The position numbers and the translations under genes are program-made. The notes beneath the pieces were generated by a model. The model searched no databases, was not told the DNA's origin, and saw nothing but the letters and a program-made list of their open reading frames with translations. A stretch of 58,825 nt of DNA from an uncultured Nitrosomonadaceae bacterium. GTDB taxonomy: Bacteria > Chloroflexota > Anaerolineae > Anaerolineales > UBA11858. The stretch covers positions 1 through 58,825 of the forward strand of contig CAXMRF010000004.1 in the NCBI GenBank assembly GCA_964195965.1, in the 5' to 3' direction. Below, in pieces: positions 26,628-36,257 of this stretch; the stretch's first letter is position 1, and every line of letters starts with the position of its first letter.

Positions 26628-27629
26628 TCAATTCTTATCTATTTTATCAAAAGAAGTGGAAATCAGGCTCCACAAAAACCCACTTCCCCAGGAAAAATGC
26701 ATTGTGCTGATTGCCAGAGGCAATCCAATTACCAAATAGGGTTTCTTATGACCTACTGCTGCCTGAATACCAGAGAATAATAATGCCGATCCATAAATAA
26801 TTGCCTCTAGCAGAAGCAACCAGCGGGCTATGGCAAACCAGATACTCAGGAATCCCAGACCCAACCAGCTGAGCACAAACAAACCGGACAGCTGCCGGAA
26901 CCGGATTGTTTCAGGGTAACGGAGCAGCATCCGCAACTTCCAAAAACCGTACCGCCAATATTGAACTGCCAAAGTTCTTATTGAAGGTCTGGCGATATAA
27001 GCTGCGGAAATCTCCGGGTTCAACCAGATCACGCCGCCAGCTTTTCTGACCCGGACATTAAATTCATAATCTTCATTGGCTAGCAGGCTTTCGTCATAAC
27101 CACCAATCCGATCAATTAGTTCAGCTTTATAGGCTCCAAAAGCAACCGTATCCACTTCTCTTGCCTCTGAACCCGTCCGGTATTTCGCATCACCTACACC
27201 CAGAGGGTGTCCGGCTGCCAGCGCAATTGAGATCGCTATCCAGCTTTCATTTGCCGGTTGAATATTAATCACCCCGCCCACATTATCCCCTTTCCCGGCT
27301 TCCAAATCCTGAACGCTGTATTTTATATAATTTGGATGGGGATGGGAATGGGCATCCATACGCAGGATAATCTCTCCCCGTGCGGCTTCCAGCGCTTGAT
27401 TTAATCCGGAGGGAATTGTACGTTTAGGATTATCAATTACCCGCACATTTAATTCTGGTACTCCATCAGTAAACTCTCGAATTTTATTTCGAGTGTTATC
27501 CGTGGACATCCCATCTGAGATAATCACTTCCAGATCACTTAACGGGTAATTTTGCTCACAAAAAGCTGCCAGCAAATCCTGTATGGAGCCTTCCTCATTA
27601 TAACAAGGGATGATCACAGAAACTTTCAT
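26628..27629 (-). CDS. Family 2 glycosyltransferase with C-terminal TM helices
   Basis: VIIPCYNEEGSI and DGMSTD motifs. ATGA overlap with the kinase stop. Confidence 0.8.
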   Translation of the reverse strand: MKVSVIIPCYNEEGSIQDLLAAFCEQNYPLSDLEVIISDGMSTDNTRNKIREFTDGVPELNVRVIDNPKRTIPSGLNQALEAARGEIILRMDAHSHPHPNYIKYSVQDLEAGKGDNVGGVINIQPANESWIAISIALAAGHPLGVGDAKYRTGSEAREVDTVAFGAYKAELIDRIGGYDESLLANEDYEFNVRVRKAGGVIWLNPEISAAYIARPSIRTLAVQYWRYGFWKLRMLLRYPETIRFRQLSGLFVLSWLGLGFLSIWFAIARWLLLLEAIIYGSALLFSGIQAAVGHKKPYLVIGLPLAISTMHFSWGSGFLWSLISTSFDKIDKN

Positions 27630-29071
27630 GACGGTTTTTGATCCCCCTTATTCGCTATCACAGTGAGGTCATCTGCTTTTACAACGGGAATTCTAACATC
27701 AAAAGCAGAACCTTCCCCCATAACACTGCGAACAGTTATGCTGCCATCATGGGCCTGCACTATCTGTTGGGCGATAGCCAAACCCAATCCTGTTCCCGGT
27801 TTTGTTTCTTTTTTTCGAGATCCATCAATTTTATAGAACCGTTCAAAAATCCGGACTAGCTGTTCTTCTGGTATACCGGTCCCACTGTCAATAACTTCAA
27901 TATGGGCTACGCCTTTTTCACTTCTGGCATTAAGATGTACAAATCCATTTTCGGGTGTATGCTTTATGGCATTTTCCACCAGATTGGTGAAAACCTGGGC
28001 AAGGCGATCCTGATCACCTACACAAGTTGGCAAGGGATCTACAGCGAGGGTTAATTTAACCCTGGCATGCAAAGCCTGGGGGATTAACTGATTGATTACC
28101 CGGGTAAGCAACTTGCTTAAATCTACTTCTTTCCTGTCTAAAATTACAGTACCAGCATCAAAACGTGCCAGATCCAGCAGATCCACAACCAAACGGTACA
28201 TGCGATCTGCTTCAGTTTTAATAATTCCGGCTGCTTTCTGCAAACCGGCACCCGAGTCGACAGTACCATCAAGGATTGCCTGGGAAAAACCTTGAATGGA
28301 AGTTAAAGGTGTTTTCAATTCATGGGAAACGTTGGCAACAAAATCCCTTTGAGATTGCTGGGAAAATTGGACCTGATTGACCATTTCGTTATAGGCGCCT
28401 GCCAGAGCTTTAACTTCGTCCGGTCCTTTTCTGGGGATCTCTTGATAGTCCCCCTGAGAAACAGATCGAGAAGCTTGCTCAATTTTCTGCAGAGGACCGG
28501 CTATCCAGCTTCCCATCCAGATAGCAAAAATCACCGCCAGGATAAAAGCCACCAAACCCGCTCTTAAGAAAGATGGTAGAAAATCCTGCCGCAAAGTTTC
28601 TCTAAGCTGGGGATTACTCAGGAGCTGCAGTCCACCCTGTCGCGGCAGGGTCAGGACCAATGTATCACCTTCAGGCATGACCCATGAGGTATACAACCAT
28701 TTTTTCCCATCCAGATCATCGATGGTTCCCCGGGGAGTGGGATTGTTATCTGCTGAGGACCAGTCAATAGCGGTACTTTCAGGATCTGAATCCAGGAGAA
28801 TTTTTCTCTCCGGTGTGAAGATAATCAAACGCATAGCTAAAGATTCACTGATCCGTTCAAAAAAAATCTGGTTATCCCTATTCGTATTGGTACGATCATT
28901 AAATTGGCGTCGAATCATGATCAATGTTGCTTCAAGCCTGGCAATAGCCTGGCGGTCAATGATTGGATTGCGGATTATATATATAAAAGTACTGATCCCA
29001 AGGATACTTAAGATCAGGATAATAATAATCGCATAGGTTAACCAGAGACGAGCACGCAAAGAAGTAAACAT
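27626..29071 (-). CDS. Sensor histidine kinase (TM-HAMP-HisKA-HATPase)
   Basis: H-box SHELKTPLTSIQG. N and G boxes (NLVENAIKHT, DSGTGI, GTGLGLAI). Confidence 0.85.
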   Translation of the reverse strand: MFTSLRARLWLTYAIIIILILSILGISTFIYIIRNPIIDRQAIARLEATLIMIRRQFNDRTNTNRDNQIFFERISESLAMRLIIFTPERKILLDSDPESTAIDWSSADNNPTPRGTIDDLDGKKWLYTSWVMPEGDTLVLTLPRQGGLQLLSNPQLRETLRQDFLPSFLRAGLVAFILAVIFAIWMGSWIAGPLQKIEQASRSVSQGDYQEIPRKGPDEVKALAGAYNEMVNQVQFSQQSQRDFVANVSHELKTPLTSIQGFSQAILDGTVDSGAGLQKAAGIIKTEADRMYRLVVDLLDLARFDAGTVILDRKEVDLSKLLTRVINQLIPQALHARVKLTLAVDPLPTCVGDQDRLAQVFTNLVENAIKHTPENGFVHLNARSEKGVAHIEVIDSGTGIPEEQLVRIFERFYKIDGSRKKETKPGTGLGLAIAQQIVQAHDGSITVRSVMGEGSAFDVRIPVVKADDLTVIANKGDQKPS

Positions 29072-29089
29072 TATTTTTTAACAATCAAC

Positions 29090-29779
29090 TCAGCTTGTTT
29101 GAATCAGCTTATAACCAATACCAGTGACCGTATCTATTTTAACTTGAGATTCAGCTAGTTTTTTTCGTAAATGTCCAATATGGACATCTACTGTTCTAGT
29201 ATTACCGTAATAATCATATCCCCAGGCCAGGTCCAGTAATTTATCCCTGCTAAGAACAATTCCAGGATGCTGCACCAGGGTGTATAACAAATCAAATTCC
29301 TGGGTACGTAATTCTACTAATTGATCGTTCACACGCACTTCACGGCGCAGGGCATCAATTTGGACATCACCGATTTGCAGAGGTTCATCCTGATTTAAAT
29401 CCTCGCTAGATTTACTCCGGCGTAAAACAGCTTTTACCCGGGCTACAAGCTCTCTGGGATTAAAGGGCTTGGTAAGATAATCATCTGCACCTAATTCAAG
29501 ACCCAGGATTTTATCAATATCCTCGTCCCTGGCAGTTAACATCAAAATGGAAACTGCATCTTTTTTCCCTCTTAACGTGCGGCAAACCTCCAAACCATCC
29601 ATTTCAGGAAGCATTAAATCCAAAACTACTAAATCTGGCTTGTGCTGTTCCACAGCCGCCAATGCAGCTATGCCGTCAGAAGCGGAAATAATACGATAAC
29701 CCTCTCGCTCCAGATAAAGCTGGGCAAGTTCAACAATGTTGGGTTCGTCATCCACCAGGAGTATCAGGTCGCTGGTCAT
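29090..29779 (-). CDS. OmpR-family response regulator
   Basis: A receiver domain (DDEPNIVEL, VLDLMLPEMDG, TARD) followed by a winged-helix output domain (RTVDVHIGHLRKKL). Confidence 0.9.
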   Translation of the reverse strand: MTSDLILLVDDEPNIVELAQLYLEREGYRIISASDGIAALAAVEQHKPDLVVLDLMLPEMDGLEVCRTLRGKKDAVSILMLTARDEDIDKILGLELGADDYLTKPFNPRELVARVKAVLRRSKSSEDLNQDEPLQIGDVQIDALRREVRVNDQLVELRTQEFDLLYTLVQHPGIVLSRDKLLDLAWGYDYYGNTRTVDVHIGHLRKKLAESQVKIDTVTGIGYKLIQTS

Positions 29780-29810
29780 TTTTTAGAATAATGGTTTTTC
29801 AATAGATTGA

Positions 29811-30194
29811 TTAATCGATAAACGCAACCGCTTCAATTTCCACAGCTCCATCTATAGGCAATCTTGCAACCTGTACTGCTGAACGGGCTGGAAATTTTTC
29901 AGTAAAAAACTGTCCATAGACACCATTCATGGCAGTAAATTCATCCATATCCCGCAGGAATACTGTTGTTTTGATAACGTTTTCCAGGGAACTGCCTGCT
30001 GCTTCCAAAACATTTTTCAGGTTCTCTAACGCTTGACGGGTTTCCCCTTCAATTCCTCCAGGTGCAAATTCACCAGTTCCGGGATCCAGTCCCAGCTGTC
30101 CGGCAGTGTAAACCAGGTTGCCTGCCTTAACCGCAACAGAATATGGACCTAATGCCTTGGGAGCTTTTTCAGAAACAATGATTTCTTTTTTCAT
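29811..30194 (-). CDS. ridA: RidA/YjgF-family reactive enamine/imine deaminase
   Basis: GPYSVAVKAGNLVYTAGQLGLDP...ARSAVQVARLP pattern. Confidence 0.85.
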   Translation of the reverse strand: MKKEIIVSEKAPKALGPYSVAVKAGNLVYTAGQLGLDPGTGEFAPGGIEGETRQALENLKNVLEAAGSSLENVIKTTVFLRDMDEFTAMNGVYGQFFTEKFPARSAVQVARLPIDGAVEIEAVAFID

Positions 30195-30330
30195 ACCTTT
30201 TTGAGATCTCCTTTGCGGATTAATGGATAAATTTAAATTTTAAGCAATCCGCCCCTAGTATACCGCATTCTAGTGACCGAACATTCCTGCTTGACCCTTC
30301 CTATTACTACAACCCATGTGGCTATACGCA

Positions 30331-30370
30331 AAGAAAGGCTGTGTTTCTTTCATTTCACAGCCTTTCTTTT
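30331..30370 (-). terminator. Hairpin terminator downstream of leuS
   Basis: Perfect 13-bp stem aagaaaggctgtg / cacagcctttctt with a 12-nt loop. The 3' arm is U-rich on both strands. Confidence 0.5.
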
Positions 30371-30442
30371 TATGATCGGGTTATACCTGGAAAACTATTA
30401 ACCAGAAATACAACTTGTTTTATCTAGATCCCTGTTCATCCA

Positions 30443-32908
30443 TCAAATAACAATATTTACCAGCCTTCCTGGCACGATGATCACTTTACGGACCTCCTGG
30501 CCTTCCAGGAAAGGAGCAGCTCCCGGACTGGCGAGTGCTGTCTTTTCAGCGTCTTCTTTGCTAATATCCACTGGCACAACGATCCTGTCCCGCAGCTTTC
30601 CGTTCACCTGGACAATCAGGGTTATTTCATCGGTTTTCATCATTTCCTGATCTGCTTCCGGCCATTTCTGGTTGTGAATGGAATAGGGTTTCCCCAGTAC
30701 TTCGCTCCACAATTCTTCTGCAATATGCGGTACGGACGGCGCTATCATTAGCAGGTAAATTTCCAATATCTCTGCCCAATCTTTCGTATTGGCAGCGCCT
30801 TTCTTCTTGGCTTCCACCAGCACATTCATCAGCTCCATCGACGTGGATATGATGGTATTAAATTCAACCTTTTCATAATCCTGGGTAACTCGATCCAGCG
30901 CTGTGTGCAGCGCCCGTTTAACATCCTTAATCAAGCCCTCGGGCGGTTTTCCTCCCATAGGAGGTTCTGTGAACAGGGACCAGGTCCGTGACAACCAACG
31001 TTCGGTGCCGGTAATGCCCTGGCTATTCCAGGGACCACCCAGATCCCAGCGGGCAAAAAACATCAGGTAGCCCCGCACGGTATCAGCCCCATATTTTGCC
31101 ACCAGATCATCTGGAGAAACCACGTTGCCGCGGCTTTTTGACATTTTTTCGCCGTCCTCCCCCAGAACCATACCCTGGTTGCGCAGCTGCATCATCGGTT
31201 CATGGCCTTCAACTATGCCCATATCCCGTAAAGCTTTATGGAAAAAGCGGGTATAGATCAAATGCATATTGGCGTGTTCTATACCGCCGGTATAAATATC
31301 AATCGGCATCCAGTAATCATATTCGTTCTGATCAAACGGACCCTGTTCAAAATCCGGGCTCAGGTAGCGCAAGTGATACCAGGATGAACACATGAAAGTA
31401 TCCATGGTATCTGTTTCCCGGGTGGCGGCCTTGCCGCAGCTGGGACAGCTTGTATCTTTCCAGGTGGGATGCAATTTTAATGGGCTTTCGCCAGTCGGAA
31501 GCCATTCGACATCATCCGGCAGCAGTACAGGCAGCTCCTCTTCCGGGACAGGATTCCAGCCACAATCATCACAATAAACCATGGGAATGGGCGCGCCCCA
31601 ATAGCGCTGGCGAGAAATCAGCCAATCGCGCAGTTTATAGCTGACCGCTTCCTTTCCCAAACCTTCTCCATCAAGCCAGTCAATCACTTTGGCAATGCCT
31701 GGGTTTTTCCGGCCTTTGTCATCCGTGACTGCAACGCCATCAAACTGGGCGCTGTTAATCATCAGTCCGGGTCCGATATAAGATTCAGACATTGTTTTCC
31801 CGTCAAAATTCTCTCCCTCAGGTTGAATAACAGGGATAATTTCAAGATCAAATTGGCGAGCAAAATCAAAATCGCGTTCATCATGGGCTGGAACAGCCAT
31901 AATGGCCCCAAAACCGTAACCCATCATCACGTAGTCCGCAATCCAGATGGGAATCCGGGCACCGTTTACAGGATTGATTGCAAAACCTCCTGTGAACACA
32001 CCGGATTTTTCCTTATCAACCGATGCGCGCTGGATCTCGGTTTTTTGTTCCGCTTCATGTTTGTAAATCTTAACGGCTTCTGTCTGCTCAGGCGAAGTGA
32101 GTTTTTCTACCAGCGGATGCTCCGGAGCCAAAACCATAAAGGTGGCGCCCCAGAGTGTATCTGGACGAGTGGTGAAAACAGTTAAATCATCACCAGCTTC
32201 TGTTTTAAAAATAACATCTGCGCCTTCCGAACGCCCCACCCAATTGGTCTGCAGGGTTTTAACCCTGTCCGGCCAATCAATCAGTGAAAAATCGATCAAT
32301 TCATCCGCATAGTTGGTGGTTTTAAAGAACCACTGCTCCAGATCTTTTTTGGTTACTTGTGTACCGCAGCGTTCACAATGGCGATCCTCTCCATGGACCT
32401 GCTCCCGGGCCAGGGTGGTGTTGCATTGAGGGCACCAATCCACAGGAGAATATTTCCGGTAAGCCAGATCATTTTTATAGAGTTGAATAAAAAACCATTG
32501 GGTCCAGTGATAATATTTTGGATCCGCGGAGATCATTTCCCGGCGCCAGTCAACCATTGGGCCCATACTTTTTATTTGAGAGCGCATATGCTCAATATTC
32601 TTATAAGTCCATTCTTTAGGGTGCATGCCCCTGGAAATGGCAGCATTTTCCGCCGGCAGGCCAAAAGCGTCAAAACCTATCGGGAACATCACGTTATACC
32701 CTTGCATGCGTTTAAAACGAGCCCGGGCATCAGAAGGCGCTATGGCATACCAATGACCGATATGCAGGTCTCCAGATGGATAGGGAAGCATGGTCATGGC
32801 ATAAAACTTTTCTTTACTCTCATCAACATTTGCTTCGTAAAGTCCGTCCGCATCCCATTTTTTCTGCCATTTGGATTCAATTTTCCGCGGTTGATAAGCT
32901 CGGCTCAT
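30443..32908 (-). CDS. leuS: Leucine-tRNA ligase
   Basis: 821 aa. HIGH-type motif (SGDLHIGHWY) and KMSKS (GEKMSKSRGN). Confidence 0.95.
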   Translation of the reverse strand: MSRAYQPRKIESKWQKKWDADGLYEANVDESKEKFYAMTMLPYPSGDLHIGHWYAIAPSDARARFKRMQGYNVMFPIGFDAFGLPAENAAISRGMHPKEWTYKNIEHMRSQIKSMGPMVDWRREMISADPKYYHWTQWFFIQLYKNDLAYRKYSPVDWCPQCNTTLAREQVHGEDRHCERCGTQVTKKDLEQWFFKTTNYADELIDFSLIDWPDRVKTLQTNWVGRSEGADVIFKTEAGDDLTVFTTRPDTLWGATFMVLAPEHPLVEKLTSPEQTEAVKIYKHEAEQKTEIQRASVDKEKSGVFTGGFAINPVNGARIPIWIADYVMMGYGFGAIMAVPAHDERDFDFARQFDLEIIPVIQPEGENFDGKTMSESYIGPGLMINSAQFDGVAVTDDKGRKNPGIAKVIDWLDGEGLGKEAVSYKLRDWLISRQRYWGAPIPMVYCDDCGWNPVPEEELPVLLPDDVEWLPTGESPLKLHPTWKDTSCPSCGKAATRETDTMDTFMCSSWYHLRYLSPDFEQGPFDQNEYDYWMPIDIYTGGIEHANMHLIYTRFFHKALRDMGIVEGHEPMMQLRNQGMVLGEDGEKMSKSRGNVVSPDDLVAKYGADTVRGYLMFFARWDLGGPWNSQGITGTERWLSRTWSLFTEPPMGGKPPEGLIKDVKRALHTALDRVTQDYEKVEFNTIISTSMELMNVLVEAKKKGAANTKDWAEILEIYLLMIAPSVPHIAEELWSEVLGKPYSIHNQKWPEADQEMMKTDEITLIVQVNGKLRDRIVVPVDISKEDAEKTALASPGAAPFLEGQEVRKVIIVPGRLVNIVI

Positions 32909-32946
32909 TGTCTTTTCTCCTGGCCTTTATTCGATATAAAGGCATT

Positions 32947-33190
32947 AAATAAAAAACCCTCCAGCGCCAGGGACGAAGGAAGGGATCTCCGTGGTACCAC
33001 CCTGCTTGTGATGCCGGGGCACCACCACTTGGGGCTGCTCTATCGGGCAGAACCGTTGTTCCTTACTGGTTTTCAGGAAACAAAATCACGCGGGTTTGCG
33101 TGCCGGGCGAGTTCGATTTTATTCGTGTTCTGCAGACACAATTGGTGAAATTTTCAGCAACTTATTTCACCTCTCTGGCAGATAATCTAC
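32947..33190 (-). promoter_or_regulatory. T-box riboswitch leader of leuS
   Basis: The minus strand reads AAGCAGGGUGGUACCACGG (T-box core, 32989..33006). This is followed by a terminator stem and UUUUUU (32951..32956). An AGAGAG element lies near 33180. The candidate specifier GAA-CUC-G has CUC at 33109..33111. Confidence 0.75.
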
Positions 33191-33244
33191 TACTCCCGAA
33201 GGATAAATATGCAGACACTTCCTTTCTGGAAATGTCGTTTTTTG

Positions 33245-33317
33245 TGGACCCAGTGGGATTCGAACCCACGACCTCCTCAATGCCATTGAGGCGCGCTCCC
33301 AACTGCGCCATGGGCCC
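33245..33317 (-). tRNA. tRNA-Ala (anticodon GGC)
   Basis: Folded by hand into a cloverleaf. Acceptor GGGCCCA/TGGGTCC with G3:U70. Anticodon loop AUGGCAU. T-loop GGGTTCGAATCCC. No encoded CCA. Confidence 0.9.
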
Positions 33318-33368
33318 TAGTGTACAGGGAAATATTTTACTCGCTTTAGGGTAGTACGTCAACCTGAA

Positions 33369-33441
33369 TGGACCTGGCGGGATTCGAACCCGCGACCTCA
33401 TCAGTGCGATTGATGCGCGCTCCCAACTGCGCTACAGGCCC
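33369..33441 (-). tRNA. tRNA-Ala (anticodon CGC)
   Basis: Folded by hand into a cloverleaf. Acceptor GGGCCTG/CAGGTCC with G3:U70. Anticodon loop AUCGCAC. T-loop GGGTTCGAATCCC. Confidence 0.9.
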
Positions 33442-33459
33442 TCATTTTTTTGCCTCAAC

Positions 33460-33488
33460 ATTGTAGTTGAGCGTGAAAAGGATGTCAA
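33460..33488 (-). promoter_or_regulatory. Sigma70-type promoter of the tRNA-Ala pair
   Basis: The minus strand reads TTGACA-17 nt-TACAAT, ending about 18 nt before the first tRNA. Confidence 0.5.
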
Positions 33489-33494
33489 GGAAAC

Positions 33495-33526
33495 AAAAGG
33501 GCAGCTCCCTAACGAGAGCTGCCCTT
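33495..33526 (-). terminator. Rho-independent terminator after the DUF2202 gene
   Basis: Perfect 11-bp stem aagggcagctc / gagctgccctt with an 8-nt loop, followed on the minus strand by UUUUGUUU. Confidence 0.6.
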
Positions 33527-33554
33527 GAATGGTCGTTAATTGAAATTTACTTTA

Positions 33555-34313
33555 CTAATTTTTTCCCATTCCCTGGGAGTTTGCATTCATCCCGCGGCTT
33601 CCCCCTCCACCCATTGCGGCACTGTCTGCCATCATCTCATCAAAAGCCTCTTGACTGAGATACTGGGGTTGATAAGTCTCACCGGTCTGACGTTCATAAG
33701 TTTGCACAAAGGCCTGCAAATGATTGATCGATCCGAAGAGTAAATTCTGGTAGACCGCAATTACTGCAGAATTGGTTGTCTCAGACAGGTAGGTTTGTAA
33801 GTCCAGAATATCTATCTCTTCAATTGCACCACCGACGAGCAGGGCCTGGTTCTGGCTTTGGCTGCCCTGATCAATCAACTGATCATATAAATCTTGTAAA
33901 TCCTGATTTTCAAATACTCCTTGTTCAGCGTCTCCTACAGGATCCTCTGCTCCGACATCATTAATTAATACCAGGACCGCATCCATATGAGATTGTTCAC
34001 TCCTTGCGATATTGGTGAAAATATTGAAATTCCAGACATCATACATTTGCAGATAGACATCCCGGGCCAGCTTTTCTTCTTCCCTCATAAATAACAATCC
34101 GGCAATTTCAGAATCTGACAAATCAGTATCTGATAAAGCGGTGATTGTTTCCTGTTGGTTATCAACAATCGGAGCTGCAGCGGGTTCCTCTGATACTATT
34201 AATTCATCAGTTTCACCTTGAACTTGATCTTCTGTGACAATGTCAGGTGTCGAAACTGCACATGCCGAAAGGGCTAAAACAAATATGGTTATTAAAATCA
34301 ATCGGTTTTTCAT
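33555..34313 (-). CDS. DUF2202 (ferritin-like) lipoprotein
   Basis: Lipobox LALSAC. LFMREEEKLARDVY...NIARSEQSHMDAV motif. Confidence 0.7.
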   Translation of the reverse strand: MKNRLILITIFVLALSACAVSTPDIVTEDQVQGETDELIVSEEPAAAPIVDNQQETITALSDTDLSDSEIAGLLFMREEEKLARDVYLQMYDVWNFNIFTNIARSEQSHMDAVLVLINDVGAEDPVGDAEQGVFENQDLQDLYDQLIDQGSQSQNQALLVGGAIEEIDILDLQTYLSETTNSAVIAVYQNLLFGSINHLQAFVQTYERQTGETYQPQYLSQEAFDEMMADSAAMGGGGSRGMNANSQGMGKN

Positions 34314-34442
34314 AGTTACTCCTTATTAAACGGATAATGATCTCAGGATAACTTACCCGGATTAGGAAGTTATTTAGAGATTGTCAAGAAAACATTAAGA
34401 AGAAATCTATCAGCGGTTGTTATTAAGCTCTGGAAAAAGGAA

Positions 34443-35405
34443 TCAATCCTGTACAGCATATTTGGATAAGAAATCCAGCAAAACAGGTTGGATAACCTCA
34501 GGCTTTTCATAATGGGGAAGATGACCTGCCTGATCCACATATAAAGTTTCCAGATCGGGAAGGATTTCCTGGAGAATGGTTATTTGATCTAAACCTATGG
34601 TTTGATCCTCCAATCCCCAGATTAATAACACAGGCAAATTCGTCTCCTTCAATAATTTATATCCAGCTTCAGGATCAAGGGTCACTAGTTCTCGAATAGT
34701 GGACAATAAAGCCCGGCCCGTTCCTCTAAACTGCATCTGAACTTTGTATAACTCCTCCCACGCCGGATAATTATCTGGATTATAAAAATCAGCAGGTTGG
34801 AGTTTTGGCAGGACAATCGGCCCCATCACGGCTGCCATCAAGTATTCCCCCACGCCAGGAAGATTTAAAGGAAAGATATCCCTATTTGTGGTCTGTAAAA
34901 CTTCAGGAGCGATTAAGATAACTCCTGAAACCTGCTCAGGATGAAGGACTGCAAAACGAGAAACTATCGGACCGCCCATGGAAAGACCGACCAAGGTTAT
35001 TGGATCACTCTGCTCCAGCGCAGAGAGCAGCTCAGTCAATTGAGAGGTGAACAAATCCAGATCATAAACCACATCAGGCCGATCTGAATATCCCCTTCCA
35101 TAAAGGTCATAACTGAGAACTTGGTATCCAGCTTCTTTGAGGGTCTCTAGCGTGGGTTCCCAAACGTAAGCAGGGACAGAAAAACCCGGTACAAAAACAA
35201 CTAGCGGAGCATCTTCAATACCTCCGAGGTGGAAATTTACCAAACCATGGGATAGCTGGATAAATTCTCCGCTGACCTCAAACCTCGCTTTCTGATCCAG
35301 ATTACGATTCTCACCCCGCATCAATAAATAGAAACTAACCAGGAGTAGGGTCAAAACCAGTAAAACCCACCCTAACCATTTCCCACAGCCTTTTTTCCAA
35401 TTCAT
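34443..35405 (-). CDS. Alpha/beta-fold hydrolase with an N-terminal membrane anchor
   Basis: Nucleophile elbow GLSMGG. C-terminal HLPHYEKPE. Confidence 0.75.
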   Translation of the reverse strand: MNWKKGCGKWLGWVLLVLTLLLVSFYLLMRGENRNLDQKARFEVSGEFIQLSHGLVNFHLGGIEDAPLVVFVPGFSVPAYVWEPTLETLKEAGYQVLSYDLYGRGYSDRPDVVYDLDLFTSQLTELLSALEQSDPITLVGLSMGGPIVSRFAVLHPEQVSGVILIAPEVLQTTNRDIFPLNLPGVGEYLMAAVMGPIVLPKLQPADFYNPDNYPAWEELYKVQMQFRGTGRALLSTIRELVTLDPEAGYKLLKETNLPVLLIWGLEDQTIGLDQITILQEILPDLETLYVDQAGHLPHYEKPEVIQPVLLDFLSKYAVQD

Positions 35406-35588
35406 ATTTTATCTCCGTGACCTGAGTACCTTGTAAACTAATTATAATAGTCTCTGCAGAAATTTTGATACCATTGATATTAACTGAATAATAAATTCTA
35501 TATTCCTCAAAATCAGTCCAGAGAAATTACAGGAACCTTTATTCTTGTTTTTCCGTCTATACTACATACACTAACAAGGAGAATTCCT

Positions 35589-36014
35589 GTGCAAAAACAT
35601 TTCCTGCTTCCATTATTTGTAGTCCTGATTTTTCTCTCTGGGTGCACTGTACTGCCCGGTAACTCCCAATCTGATTTATCCGGCACTGGCTGGACATTGA
35701 TCAATTTTGAAGGTGGATCGCTGCTAGAAAATACTGCAATGACCGCATTTTTTGAGGATGGAAATCTGAGCGGCTCCGCCAGCTGCAATCATTATTTTGG
35801 TTCCTATACAATTCAAGGGAAACAGATCCAGATTGAAGGTTTGGGTTGGACAGAAATGGCGTGTATGAACCCGGAAGGCATAATGGATCAGGAGTTTCAG
35901 ATCATGAACCTGCTCTCACAGGCCGACAGTTATTCCGTTCAGGGAGACATGCTGCAGGTTAATACTGAGAATAGAGAATTACTGATTTTTCAAGTTTTTG
36001 AAGACCTGGATTAA
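35589..36014 (+). CDS. META/HslJ-domain lipoprotein
   Basis: GTG start with an AAGGAG SD. Lipobox FLSGC. GSASCNHYFGSY motif. Confidence 0.7.
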   Translation: MQKHFLLPLFVVLIFLSGCTVLPGNSQSDLSGTGWTLINFEGGSLLENTAMTAFFEDGNLSGSASCNHYFGSYTIQGKQIQIEGLGWTEMACMNPEGIMDQEFQIMNLLSQADSYSVQGDMLQVNTENRELLIFQVFEDLD

Positions 36015-36257
36015 GTAAACCTAACAGTAGCATTATTTTCTCAATCAATATCTATCCAAATAATCCACGACGGCATTCAATTTTCATTCGTTTCAAAAGT
36101 TAATAGTTTATTTAAGACATAGTTAACGAAGTTCTCCAATAAATACTACTATCATTAAATTATTCCAACGCACCGGACAAATAAAATAAGTTATCATAAA
36201 TATAAATATTTAAATTTGAAAGATTATAATTTTTTCTACAAAAACCCTGGAGTCTCT

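Noticed and set aside
30195-30442. Possible riboswitch or sRNA in the 248-bp RidA-leuS spacer
   Set aside because: The spacer holds the leuS terminator hairpin (30331..30370). It also holds a simple 7-bp stem (gcggatt...aatccgc) just before the RidA SD. I recognised no conserved riboswitch core, so it is treated as ordinary terminator plus promoter/UTR sequence.
32357-33401. ORFs 32357..33148 (+, 263 aa), 33100..33354 (+) and 33162..33401 (-)
   Set aside because: They run antisense through the leuS 5' end, across the T-box leader, and across the two tRNA-Ala genes. The RNA features explain the sequence conservation better than coding does.
35513-35788. Minus-strand ORF (91 aa) overlapping the META-domain lipoprotein gene
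   Set aside because: The + strand gene has an SD, a lipobox and a recognisable domain. The minus ORF has none of these.
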